DNA from: an uncultured virus (IMG/VR IMGVR_UViG_3300042569_001792)
Lineage: Duplodnaviria > Heunggongvirae > Uroviricota > Caudoviricetes
Strand: one strand, 5' to 3'
Length of the DNA stretch: 20,000 nucleotides
IMG/VR virus record: IMGVR_UViG_3300042569_001792
Shown here: positions 8,239 to 16,471 of the stretch, piece by piece
Numbering within the stretch: position 1 is the stretch's first letter
Layout: the number at the start of each line of letters is the position of its first letter
Notes under the pieces: generated by a model
Told to the model about the DNA's origin: nothing
The model's input: the letters and a program-made list of their open reading frames with translations, nothing else
Databases searched by the model: none
Position numbers and translations under genes: made by a program

Positions 8239-8655
8239 ATGCAAATCACACTATCTTATCAAGCGAAAGATCCAGATGAATTCGTTTCTCTTATTAACTG
8301 GCTGAAAGAACAGTCTATCCCTACAGTTTCATCAGTTATTCCTCCAGTAAAGCAAGTAACTGGTGTTAAAGTAATGGGTCCATTGGAAACTCTTTATGTA
8401 GAAAAGACTGGTAAGTCTATGCGGGCTTCCCCGGGACTTGATCGTGAAGAAGTAGCAAAAGAACGTCTAGCTGCTATTGGAGTTAGTCTAAATACAATTA
8501 ACACAGTAAAAAAACCAGAAGCATCACTTGAACCCGATAATGATAGTAGTGTTCTGGGGGCATTCGGTGATATTGGTGATGAGGATAGTGTTTATTACGT
8601 TGCGCCTGATTTATCAACAGATAGCTCGGAGGATGGCTCAGGAGAGCCTTTTTAA
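8239..8655 (+). CDS. Hypothetical protein with an acidic, probably disordered C-terminus
   Basis: 138-aa ORF; D/E/S-rich tail ending GEPF. Confidence 0.75.
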   Translation: MQITLSYQAKDPDEFVSLINWLKEQSIPTVSSVIPPVKQVTGVKVMGPLETLYVEKTGKSMRASPGLDREEVAKERLAAIGVSLNTINTVKKPEASLEPDNDSSVLGAFGDIGDEDSVYYVAPDLSTDSSEDGSGEPF

Positions 8656-8657
8656 TT

Positions 8658-9689
8658 ATGGGTGGCAATCTATTACAGAAATGGGAACTACCTCCTAAAC
8701 GGGCTTCTAGGGACGAATACATTGAGATTGAGAATATTCTTATTCGCGAGTTCTCTGGTAATTCATATATTGGGTTTCCAAGACAATTACCAGATAAGGA
8801 AACTTTTGGGGACGTAGATTTTGTCCTCTCTCCTCAATCTCATTTAGACAGTCAGGAGTTTAACTTATACTTCAATAGTCTAAAAGATTTTGTCCATGGA
8901 AAGTTTGGGTACAAGCCGCATGTAAACGGAAATGTAATTAGCTTTCCAGTTAATGAAATCCAAGTGGATTGTAATGTTTATGAAAATGATATGTTTCATT
9001 CTGCACTATCCTATGGAGATTTTGGTGACGTATCTAATTTAGTAGGCCGCATGGCTTATAAACTTGGATTACATCTTGGCCATAATGGTTTATCATACTG
9101 GTTGTCTAATTATCATTTCGATAAGGTAAATCAAAATTCACATGTAATTGAAAAGATAGTTTTAATCAAAGATTATCCAAGTATATTGAAATTCTTGGAT
9201 TTAGATAGTCAGAAATGGTTAAAAGGATTCTCATCTTTAGAAGATGTTTTTGAATGGATTATTCAGTCGAAATACTTTTCGCATGATCTATTTAAGATGG
9301 AGAATTTGAATCATGTAAATCGAAAGAGAAATAGTAAAAGATCTCAATATAATTACTTCTTGGAATGGTGTGAAAAAAATAAAGATAGATTTAAGCCGGT
9401 TGAATATCAATCTAAAGATATTTATCTTTACTGGTATATGGATCTCTTTCCATATCTTCGCCAGCGCATTGAGTTTCATAGGAAAAATTGGGAAAAGAAA
9501 CAGCTTGCAAAAAGTAAATTCAATGGTACATTGATCTTACAATGGCTCGGGTTGAAACAAGAGGATTGGTTGACTATTAAAAAATTAGTTGATCTTTTCA
9601 AAAGTCAAAACTCATTAGAAGGGTCATGGGAAGAAGTTAAACAAGATTTTCTTAAATTCTATGAAACATACCTGCAAAATCCCCAATAA
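8658..9689 (+). CDS. Pol-beta superfamily nucleotidyltransferase-like protein
   Basis: KETFGDVDF (GDxD) and a third Asp in IQVDC; MGGN N-terminus; C-terminal KFNGTLILQWLGL tail. Confidence 0.7.
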   Translation: MGGNLLQKWELPPKRASRDEYIEIENILIREFSGNSYIGFPRQLPDKETFGDVDFVLSPQSHLDSQEFNLYFNSLKDFVHGKFGYKPHVNGNVISFPVNEIQVDCNVYENDMFHSALSYGDFGDVSNLVGRMAYKLGLHLGHNGLSYWLSNYHFDKVNQNSHVIEKIVLIKDYPSILKFLDLDSQKWLKGFSSLEDVFEWIIQSKYFSHDLFKMENLNHVNRKRNSKRSQYNYFLEWCEKNKDRFKPVEYQSKDIYLYWYMDLFPYLRQRIEFHRKNWEKKQLAKSKFNGTLILQWLGLKQEDWLTIKKLVDLFKSQNSLEGSWEEVKQDFLKFYETYLQNPQ

Positions 9690-10281
9690 AATTACAATTT
9701 GTGTATCTGGTGGTGTCGATTCTGTCGCCGCCGCTTATTTACTCTCTAAACACAGAGGTAAAGATATTCAATTGTATCATTTTAATCACAGGACAAAGCA
9801 GGCAGATATAATGGAAGAAAAGGTAAGAGAGTTTGCAGAATTTCTAAATAAACCTCTTATTGTAAAAAGAGCAGAGACTGAATTGAGAACTGAATCAGAA
9901 TTTAGAGCCGCAAGATTTAAGTATTTTGAAACAGGTGAGTATAGAGATGTGGTTACAGCCCATCATCTAGGAGACTGTATTGAATCTTATTTGATGAACT
10001 GTTTTAAAGGGCATAATGATTGGAAAGTTCCAATTAGACCAACTAGCCTTCATGAAAACTTTGCGATCCTTCACCCATTTCTACTTTTTACAAAAGATAA
10101 CTTCAAACATCATTGCGTAAAGAATAATCTAATGAGATTTGTTTGTGAAGACGAAACCAACGAGCAGAATATTTGCAGGCGGAATTTTATTCGCAATACA
10201 ATCGTACCTCTATTAAATCAAGAGAATATCTTTATTGAGAAAGTAGTAAGAAAACAATACCTAAAATATATCAATGAGTGA
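9661..10281 (+). CDS. tilS: tRNA(Ile)-lysidine synthetase, catalytic domain only
   Basis: PP-loop SGGVDS, HFNHRT, RAARF, TAHHLGDCIES, PFLLFTK, EDETN and RRNFIRNTIVP. Confidence 0.9.
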   Translation: MKHTCKIPNKITICVSGGVDSVAAAYLLSKHRGKDIQLYHFNHRTKQADIMEEKVREFAEFLNKPLIVKRAETELRTESEFRAARFKYFETGEYRDVVTAHHLGDCIESYLMNCFKGHNDWKVPIRPTSLHENFAILHPFLLFTKDNFKHHCVKNNLMRFVCEDETNEQNICRRNFIRNTIVPLLNQENIFIEKVVRKQYLKYINE

Positions 10282-10459
10282 ATTAACAATCGTAGAAAAA
10301 TTAGTTAAGTTAAAGGAAACATACTTTAAATTAGTTAAAATCGAAAATGATAAGCGTATAAAAGACTTTGATAACAAATTGTCTAAACAAATAGACGAGC
10401 TAGAAGCGAAAATCAAAGAACTAAAAAAACAACAAGAAGAGGAATCTGAAAATTCTTAA
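10274..10459 (+). CDS. Small coiled-coil hypothetical protein
   Basis: 61-aa K/E-rich ORF overlapping the tilS stop. Confidence 0.65.
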   Translation: MSELTIVEKLVKLKETYFKLVKIENDKRIKDFDNKLSKQIDELEAKIKELKKQQEEESENS

Positions 10460-10468
10460 AAATAACCC

Positions 10469-10496
10469 TTGCTTTTTTCAAAATCTGTGATACTAT
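10469..10496 (+). promoter_or_regulatory. Sigma70-type promoter with extended -10
   Basis: TTGCTT (10469-10474), 16 nt, TACTAT (10491-10496) preceded by TGn. Confidence 0.7.
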
Positions 10497-10531
10497 ACTA
10501 AACAACAAGATCACCCCTAAAAAACAAAACT

Positions 10532-10693
10532 ATGAATAAACTATCTGTAAAATTTGATGACAATTACACCCAGCAGGATTTTTATCGCCAAATCCGTGAT
10601 AAGAATTGGCTCACTTCCTTTATGAAGGAACACAATATTACCGGCTGGCCAAGTGCCTATATCGTCGAAGGGACTGGATACTTCACTTGGTAA
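10532..10693 (+). CDS. Small hypothetical protein (53 aa, not in the ORF track)
   Basis: MNKLSVKFDDNYTQQDFYRQIRDKNWLTSFMKEHNITGWPSAYIVEGTGYFTW; follows a promoter and A-rich leader and fills the gap. Confidence 0.7.
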   Translation: MNKLSVKFDDNYTQQDFYRQIRDKNWLTSFMKEHNITGWPSAYIVEGTGYFTW

Positions 10694-10723
10694 GTGTATA
10701 ATTAAAAACAACAATAATAAAAA

Positions 10724-11446
10724 ATGAAACTACTCTCAATTATTCTCACAGCTACAATGCTGTTTAAAGCTACGAGTTCAGCGGCTTTTATGGCAACTCT
10801 TACTGGAATTCAAGGTTCCTCAGTATCTATTACAGATAATGATATCTATGATAATGATAAGACTCTTGGTATTATCTCTATTGGTGGAGATCAAAATAAA
10901 TTTGTCCTAGATGGCATCTCATTTGACACTTATATTGATTATGGTACCCAAGCCTCTGGATATTTCGTTAATTTGAATTCTAAGAATTCTGGAAATGGTC
11001 TTGGAAAGTTTTCGATTTATACAAGTTTCAGCGGATTGGATACTTTCGATTCTGATTCGGGTCGATTAGATTACAATGCGATTGGTCTATTTTTCTCTGG
11101 AACTGCAAAGAAAAATACAGCGGATATTACAGTTGGAAGTTTTGTAGATGAAGATAAGATTAGCACATCCGGTACTGGTTTTGCAGGTTTATCAGATTCA
11201 TTTAAACTAAAAAATGCGTATGATGTAACCGGTAGTAAACAAATCAACTTTAATGATAAATATTTTGCATTTAACAATTTTATTGAAGTGGATTTGACTG
11301 AAAAGTCTCATTATAATATGAATACAACATTGAGTTCACAGATTTATTTCTGTGCGCCTAATCCACAGCCTGTTCCAGAGCCGAAAAGTATTTTACTTCC
11401 ATTCCTCGTTATGGGTGTAATGATTATTTCAAGACGTAAGCGTTGA
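10724..11446 (+). CDS. Secreted PEP-CTERM sorting-domain protein
   Basis: N-terminal signal peptide (MKLLSIILTATMLFKATSSAA), S/T/G/D/N-rich body, and C-terminal VPEP + hydrophobic segment + RRKR. Confidence 0.9.
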   Translation: MKLLSIILTATMLFKATSSAAFMATLTGIQGSSVSITDNDIYDNDKTLGIISIGGDQNKFVLDGISFDTYIDYGTQASGYFVNLNSKNSGNGLGKFSIYTSFSGLDTFDSDSGRLDYNAIGLFFSGTAKKNTADITVGSFVDEDKISTSGTGFAGLSDSFKLKNAYDVTGSKQINFNDKYFAFNNFIEVDLTEKSHYNMNTTLSSQIYFCAPNPQPVPEPKSILLPFLVMGVMIISRRKR

Positions 11447-11456
11447 TTTAATATTC

Positions 11457-11535
11457 CTGTCGGTATCCGGTAATTGGCTTCCGACTGCTTTTGGGAAGCA
11501 GATTGATGCAGGTTCGAGTCCTGTCCGACAGACCA
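11457..11535 (+). tRNA. trnP: tRNA-Pro(TGG)
   Basis: Acceptor CTGTCGG/CCGACAG, A73, encoded CCA; anticodon arm CTGCT-TTTGGGA-AGCAG; T-loop GTTCGAGTC. Confidence 0.92.
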
Positions 11536-11544
11536 TTTTAGTAT

Positions 11545-11617
11545 GTGGCGGTGGTGCAACGGTTTAGCACATATCCCTTTCAAGGATAAGATGGGAGTTC
11601 GATTCTCCTCCGCCATA
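11545..11617 (+). tRNA. trnE: tRNA-Glu(TTC), CCA not encoded
   Basis: Acceptor GTGGCGG/CCGCCAT; anticodon arm TATCC-CTTTCAA-GGATA; T-arm GGGAG-TTCGATT-CTCCT. Confidence 0.88.
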
Positions 11618-11668
11618 CTAAAAAATATTTCCTGATAATTCAAAAAAAGAGTGTAACTTAAAAAACAT

Positions 11669-11747
11669 TGCGGGGTAGAGCAGTTTGGTCAAGCCCGTCG
11701 GTCTCATAAGCCGAAAATCGTGGGTTCAAATCCCACCCCCGCAACCA
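11669..11747 (+). tRNA. trnM: tRNA-Met(CAT), initiator-like
   Basis: TGCGGGG/CCCCGCA-A-CCA; anticodon arm TCGGT-CTCATAA-GCCGA; overall sequence close to bacterial tRNA-fMet. Confidence 0.9.
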
Positions 11748-11753
11748 ATTTAT

Positions 11754-11827
11754 TCCCATGTAGCACAATGCTGTGCAATTGTTTGTTACACAATAGGTTG
11801 TAGGTTCGAGTCCTACCATGGGAGCCA
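11754..11827 (+). tRNA. trnN: tRNA-Asn(GTT) #1
   Basis: TCCCATG/CATGGGA-G-CCA; anticodon arm ATTGT-TTGTTAC-ACAAT; T-arm GTAGG-TTCGAGT-CCTAC. Confidence 0.88.
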
Positions 11828-11842
11828 ATTTCAAAAATAAAT

Positions 11843-12568
11843 CTATTTAAGAGTAGATAAATCTATTCCATTTCTTGCCAAGAATTTCCTAATACTATTA
11901 TCGCTTCTATTTAGATCTCTACCGGCTTGACTAAAAGAAGAAGCCTTTACCATTGATATGATTTCCTCTATAGGCGGCCAACTTAATGTATTTTTTCCTC
12001 GGCGGGATAGATTTTCACATTTCCTACATTTAGTAGAATTTTTGCGAATAACTTCGTTGCAAATAGGGCAATAATCATATCTTTTTAATCTTTTGCCAGA
12101 AAAAGTATCTGTTTGACTATGGCAATTAGGGCATAAAAAACGAAGATTATCAATTCTATTATCATTTGATACTCCATTTAAATGATCTAATTGTAAAGAT
12201 AAAGGTTTTCCAAAATGTGTTCCATCATTACCACATATAGCACATTTATAATCTAAAATATTTAATTTTAATAGTTTTATTTTTATGTCATGACGACTAT
12301 TGTATGTGCTATTTTCACAGAATATATCATCGAATGGTCTTGATCTTTCAGGAAATTTAAGATTTTTTCTATGGAAATCTTTATTTTCATTAAATTTAGT
12401 TAAATCTATATTATCTTCTATTATTCGTATTTTTAATGTACGGTGATTTCCGTTATACGCATTTAATCCTATTTCTTTCAATATACCACAGAAAGTATAA
12501 TGACGATCAAACATATCTTGTAAATTCTCACGACTCATTTTCCATACAATGCTTTTTCTTCTACTCAT
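11843..12568 (-). mobile_element. Free-standing HNH homing-type endonuclease gene
   Basis: CAICG...LQLDHLNGVSNDNRIDNLRFLCPNCHSQT (HNH), a further Zn ribbon (CPIC...CRKC) and an HTH-like C-terminus. It is the only convincing minus-strand gene and sits at the tRNA cluster. Confidence 0.9.
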
Positions 12569-12595
12569 GTTATTTAATGTATAGTAATATTTACA

Positions 12596-12630
12596 CCAGT
12601 TCGAGAGTTCAACTTCTGTCTATCGCACCA
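12596..12630 (+). pseudogene. Probable tRNA 3'-half remnant (Leu-like)
   Basis: GAGAG-TTCAA-CTTCTGTC-TATCGC-A-CCA followed by TTTTC, like the 3' ends of the intact tRNAs; no 5' half is visible. Confidence 0.5.
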
Positions 12631-12648
12631 TTTTCAATAAAAAAATAT

Positions 12649-12927
12649 ATGGATACCCCATTACCACGAAGATTCCGGTTCAAAACAACTTTCAATTCGC
12701 TGGGTGTCGATCTTTCTTATATGATCTTGGATTTTATCAGGTTTCAACCAGAGCTTGCATCTGTTCAACTTAAACAACCACCATTTGACAGTAAAGGGCG
12801 AGAATTACCATGGAACGGTACTTTTTCAGCTTACCTTAGAAGCGTGGAAGAGGTAGATATAGAGGGTAATGTTATTGTTACCACCGAAGAAATTCTTGCT
12901 CGCTATAAAGCTGGGCGACTTGTATAA
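12649..12927 (+). CDS. Hypothetical protein (92 aa; true start probably 12649, not 12436)
   Basis: MDTPLPRRF... follows an A-rich leader; the longer ORF overlaps the HNH gene antisense. Confidence 0.65.
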   Translation: MDTPLPRRFRFKTTFNSLGVDLSYMILDFIRFQPELASVQLKQPPFDSKGRELPWNGTFSAYLRSVEEVDIEGNVIVTTEEILARYKAGRLV

Positions 12928-12947
12928 AAAGAAATTTTATAAAAATC

Positions 12948-12975
12948 TTGACTTTTCTAAAATTTGTAGTACAAT
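12948..12975 (+). promoter_or_regulatory. Sigma70-type promoter, leaderless
   Basis: TTGACT (12948-12953), 16 nt, TACAAT (12970-12975); ATG at 12982. Confidence 0.8.
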
Positions 12976-12981
12976 AAACCT

Positions 12982-13203
12982 ATGAGCAAAACTATTCTTC
13001 TTATATTTATTAGTCTCCCTGCTATATGGTACATCATTTTTATGATTTCTATTTACAAAGATAGGGGTTCCAGCGATTCATATAAAAAGGCTTATGAAGC
13101 CTGGATTAAACGAGACGGCAACGCCGAGAATTTAAGTTACAATGAATGGAGATCATTAATTGCTATTGATCCCCGCCTTGTATCGAAAGAAAAAAAGGAA
13201 TAA
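12982..13203 (+). CDS. Small membrane-anchored hypothetical protein
   Basis: N-terminal hydrophobic helix ILLIFISLPAIWYIIFMISIY. Confidence 0.7.
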   Translation: MSKTILLIFISLPAIWYIIFMISIYKDRGSSDSYKKAYEAWIKRDGNAENLSYNEWRSLIAIDPRLVSKEKKE

Positions 13204-13214
13204 AAATAAATACC

Positions 13215-13472
13215 ATGCAAGATCTAATTATCAAAACAAATACTCCTTCTGGTCCCATATTCTCCAAGGCTAAAGCGACCTCAAAAGAGGATTTTATAAA
13301 AGAGTTTAATGAAGCAATGGATATTATTAAAGAAAGGTATTTCCCGACACCCGCTCATATAATGATAGGAGGATGTAAAATTATATTAGATTATGATAGC
13401 GAAGTTTTTACACTAGGAGAATTTCTAAGATTTGCGGATGGTAAGAATGATCCATCGACTAAATTAAATTAG
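13215..13472 (+). CDS. Hypothetical protein
   Basis: 85-aa ORF in a packed operon. Confidence 0.65.
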   Translation: MQDLIIKTNTPSGPIFSKAKATSKEDFIKEFNEAMDIIKERYFPTPAHIMIGGCKIILDYDSEVFTLGEFLRFADGKNDPSTKLN

Positions 13473-13478
13473 CGATTT

Positions 13479-13805
13479 ATGGATAAAAAAGATAGAAATA
13501 AGCCTGTTTACGAATGGATAGAAGTAAATGCCGGGGAAGTATATTACAGATTATCCGCGCATTGTTTAGAGAATGAAGTGGAGTTAAATGGCTGGCCAGG
13601 ATTCTTTAAAGATGGGTACTATCGTCCAGTAGATATAAAAATAAAACCTAAAAAGTCTTTTAAAGTATATGCTCGGAAAATTAAAAACGGCTATACATGG
13701 AACGGATGGAATAGATGTTATATCAAAATTGACTATGACATTTCAGTAAATAAAAAGACTAGTTTTTCTCCTACATACGGAAGTAGAATTAAGATTCAAA
13801 GATAA
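13479..13805 (+). CDS. Hypothetical protein
   Basis: 108-aa ORF in a packed operon. Confidence 0.65.
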   Translation: MDKKDRNKPVYEWIEVNAGEVYYRLSAHCLENEVELNGWPGFFKDGYYRPVDIKIKPKKSFKVYARKIKNGYTWNGWNRCYIKIDYDISVNKKTSFSPTYGSRIKIQR

Positions 13806-13827
13806 AAAATCTAACTAAATTAACATT

Positions 13828-14202
13828 ATGGAACTCACAAAGGAAGAGGAAGAAATTATTTTAGCAAAACGGCGAAAAGAAGATGAATTTAAGCCTAAAA
13901 AAACAGGCATCCTAAAGCACGATCTATTCCCCTTGGGTATTAGAGGAAATGAGCTAAGATTTGACATATCTGATATTATAAAAGATCACGGCTGGTTTAT
14001 TACCAAACAAGTAGTTTTAGGAATTACTGGACAGGTTAAAAAACAATTACTAACCCAGATAATCCCAGAGGGTACTAAATTTCTATGCTATATCAGAGAT
14101 GGTGACGAATTTTGGTATGATGAGAACGACAATATATCCGAAATGGATTCTGAATGGGCTGATGAAAATCTAATAAATATAAAAACTGTCGGCAAAATTT
14201 AA
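13828..14202 (+). CDS. Hypothetical protein
   Basis: 124-aa ORF in a packed operon. Confidence 0.7.
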   Translation: MELTKEEEEIILAKRRKEDEFKPKKTGILKHDLFPLGIRGNELRFDISDIIKDHGWFITKQVVLGITGQVKKQLLTQIIPEGTKFLCYIRDGDEFWYDENDNISEMDSEWADENLINIKTVGKI

Positions 14203-14207
14203 ATCTA

Positions 14208-14453
14208 ATGAAAGAAAAACATCGTAAAGCTGCGGAGGTGACGATAAATTATATCATCCGCGATAAATTGATGGAGCTTCGCGCCTATCACACCTTATCC
14301 ATAGAAAATAGCGAGTGGATGAAAAATGGAGAAACAGAGCAACGTATAAAGGAACTTGAAGCGGATATTCAGGGGCAGCGAGATTCTATAGAAATCCTAG
14401 ACGAATATATAAGCAAATTTGAGGTGAAGAAATGTAATGAAGATAACCTTTGA
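14208..14453 (+). CDS. Hypothetical coiled-coil protein
   Basis: 81-aa ORF. Confidence 0.65.
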   Translation: MKEKHRKAAEVTINYIIRDKLMELRAYHTLSIENSEWMKNGETEQRIKELEADIQGQRDSIEILDEYISKFEVKKCNEDNL

Positions 14454-14595
14454 AATTCCTGAGTTTTTAGTAAATGGATATTTTTGGAGCGGCGTCGGAG
14501 CCGCTTCATTATTTTGGTTTTTACTTCTATATCTGGTACTAAATAGCTTAGGGGATTGTCTTTTAGGTATATTATCGAGTTGGTTTAGGCGTTAA
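14437..14595 (+). CDS. Small membrane protein (52 aa, not in the ORF track)
   Basis: MKITFEIPEFLVNGYFWSGVGAASLFWFLLLYLVLNSLGDCLLGILSSWFRR fills the gap and has a hydrophobic helix. Confidence 0.6.
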   Translation: MKITFEIPEFLVNGYFWSGVGAASLFWFLLLYLVLNSLGDCLLGILSSWFRR

Positions 14596-14609
14596 TCAAT
14601 CCAATAAAA

Positions 14610-14792
14610 ATGACTCCAGAAATTCCAATTAAACCATTTAGTCCAGCGCCGCGCCCCAACGCATATATTTGTAGATGTTGCGATAGACCTATTAAAGCGC
14701 ATTATTATCAGATAGGCGAAAAAATATATTGCCCGTCGTGTTACAGAGGATTACCACAAAATTACGATAAACCGCAATGGACAATGCCGTGA
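14610..14792 (+). CDS. Small Zn-finger protein
   Basis: CRCC...YCPSC cysteine pairs. Confidence 0.6.
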   Translation: MTPEIPIKPFSPAPRPNAYICRCCDRPIKAHYYQIGEKIYCPSCYRGLPQNYDKPQWTMP

Positions 14793-15013
14793 AAAAACAT
14801 AAAATAACCCCAGAATTAAAAGCGTATAAATACTATATAAAAAACTCTGAAAAATATTCAGAAGAAATAATTAAGTCATGGGGATCAGATGACGAGCATA
14901 TTATTTATAAGAAAATTGCGAGTAAATTCGGAGCGGATTATAAAAAGATGCTAGATCTTATTGATATTTCATACAATAGATATATAGATAGATCATTGGG
15001 GCGACAATTTTAG
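14777..15013 (+). CDS. Hypothetical protein
   Basis: 78-aa ORF overlapping the previous gene. Confidence 0.6.
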   Translation: MDNAVKKHKITPELKAYKYYIKNSEKYSEEIIKSWGSDDEHIIYKKIASKFGADYKKMLDLIDISYNRYIDRSLGRQF

Positions 15014-15025
15014 TGTAAACTCTCC

Positions 15026-15053
15026 TTGACAAAGTTGAATTCTGTGTTATAAT
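15026..15053 (+). promoter_or_regulatory. Consensus sigma70 promoter for tRNA-Thr and the downstream operon
   Basis: TTGACA (15026-15031), 16 nt, TATAAT (15048-15053) preceded by TGn. Confidence 0.88.
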
Positions 15054-15068
15054 AGAAAAAGAGAACAC

Positions 15069-15140
15069 TCCGGGTTAGCTCAGTGGAAGAGCAGGTTTTT
15101 TGTAAAAATCAGGTCGTCGGTTCAAATCCGACACCCGGAT
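15069..15140 (+). tRNA. trnT: tRNA-Thr(TGT), CCA not encoded
   Basis: TCCGGGT/ACCCGGA; D-arm GCTC-AGTGGAA-GAGC; anticodon arm GGTTT-TTTGTAA-AAATC; T-arm GTCGG-TTCAAAT-CCGAC. Confidence 0.9.
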
Positions 15141-15157
15141 CTCATTTAAATTAAATA

Positions 15158-15622
15158 ATGAATAGATTAAACACAGAGATTTTTGAAAATAAGAAATTTC
15201 CATTTGTGGCAAACATGCCATTTTATTATACGGAAGATTTCGAGGTAGTATTAGAGAATACAATTTGGGTTAGTATAAATGACCCAGGATATTACCTAGC
15301 CAAGATCAGCCCCTTTTTACTAGAAACTCCTAAAATACAAGTAAACTTTCATGATTTGACTGAGAATGAGGAAGAGGGAGATAGAGCGCCGACTTTAGAA
15401 GATGCGAAAAAGATAGTAGATTTTATTGTAAGTCATAAGGGTAGTAATATATTAGTTAATTGTGTTGCGGGTATTGGTCGCAGCGGTGCGGTCGCTAAAT
15501 TTTGCGAGGAAATTCTTGGTTATCATTGGATTCCCTATACAAAAGTGAATTCCGATCCCAATCCTACGTTATTTAATTTGATGAAAGAATACTATGAAAA
15601 TCAAGGAAAGACAATTAGCTAA
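15158..15622 (+). CDS. Cys-dependent (tyrosine/dual-specificity family) phosphatase
   Basis: VNCVAGIGRSGAVA (CX5R) and an upstream VNFHD loop. Confidence 0.88.
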   Translation: MNRLNTEIFENKKFPFVANMPFYYTEDFEVVLENTIWVSINDPGYYLAKISPFLLETPKIQVNFHDLTENEEEGDRAPTLEDAKKIVDFIVSHKGSNILVNCVAGIGRSGAVAKFCEEILGYHWIPYTKVNSDPNPTLFNLMKEYYENQGKTIS

Positions 15623-15905
15623 TTTCGAGAAATGCAAAAAGCATTTCGAGGGAATTAAAAGAACCGTTAATGAGAATATTAAATTCACTCTATCTCTTAG
15701 AGAAGGTGACTATGTATTAAAAGCCGCAGATGACAATGAATATGTAAGTGGATACCTTGGATTTGATAGTTTTGGAGGCCATTTATCTTTTGGCCGCAGG
15801 CAGGATGCTCTATGGATCAAAAGAGAAGAAATACCAGAGTTGAAGAAATACTTTAATGATTTTAAAGGATTTAAATTACTTAAATTAAGTAAGAATAAGA
15901 AATGA
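15594..15905 (+). CDS. Hypothetical protein
   Basis: 103-aa ORF overlapping both neighbours. Confidence 0.65.
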   Translation: MKIKERQLANFEKCKKHFEGIKRTVNENIKFTLSLREGDYVLKAADDNEYVSGYLGFDSFGGHLSFGRRQDALWIKREEIPELKKYFNDFKGFKLLKLSKNKK

Positions 15906-16471
15906 TAAACTATTTTATAATTCAAAAATCAATAGATTTCTATGATAAAGTAGGATTCACCCGAATAGAAACCCCTTGGTATGTATCAAAAAATGTCGCG
16001 GCTATTACAAAACCACCTAATTTAAGAGACGATGAATTTATATTAAATCACAACGATAAAAGATTGGTGGCAAGCGGCGAGCAGGGTTTTCTTTATCTAT
16101 ATCTAAAAGGTTTTCTTCCGAAAGGAAAATTCCAAACTGTAACTCCTTGTTTCAGATTTGAAAGTCACGATGAAACTCACACAAAAACATTCATTAAAAA
16201 TGAGTTGATTTCAACGTCCGATATATCAAAGACTACATTAGAATCTATAATTAGCAATTGTTATAACTATTTTAAATCTATTGGATTTGACAATAAATTA
16301 AATGTAGTGAAAACGGACATTGGATTTGATATAAATTACTTAGATACAGAGTTGGGAAGTTACGGAATAAGAGAAACTTCTTTCTTAAAGTATATTTATG
16401 CGACTGGTGTTAGTGAGCCAAGAGCATCCTACCTATTAAATAAATATGAGCTACCATACAAGGAAAATTGA
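15902..16471 (+). CDS. Stand-alone class II aminoacyl-tRNA-synthetase-like catalytic core
   Basis: Motif 1 GFTRIETP, LVASGEQ (TxE-like), motif 2 TPCFRFE...H...FIKNE, motif 3-like ELGSYG...ATGVSEPR; only 189 aa. Confidence 0.75.
   Translation: MINYFIIQKSIDFYDKVGFTRIETPWYVSKNVAAITKPPNLRDDEFILNHNDKRLVASGEQGFLYLYLKGFLPKGKFQTVTPCFRFESHDETHTKTFIKNELISTSDISKTTLESIISNCYNYFKSIGFDNKLNVVKTDIGFDINYLDTELGSYGIRETSFLKYIYATGVSEPRASYLLNKYELPYKEN

Noticed and set aside
11629..11643. TTCCTGA-TA-ATTCAA as a tRNA 5' remnant
   Set aside because: Only about 15 nt, with no further arms; compatible with chance.
12436..12648. 5' extension of ORF 12436..12927
   Set aside because: Overlaps the HNH gene and the tRNA remnant; ATG 12649 has the typical A-rich leader.
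14488..14522. GC hairpin AGCGGC-GTCGGA-GCCGCT followed by T-rich sequence, as a terminator
   Set aside because: Lies inside a plausible membrane-protein ORF in mid-operon, and the U-tract is interrupted.
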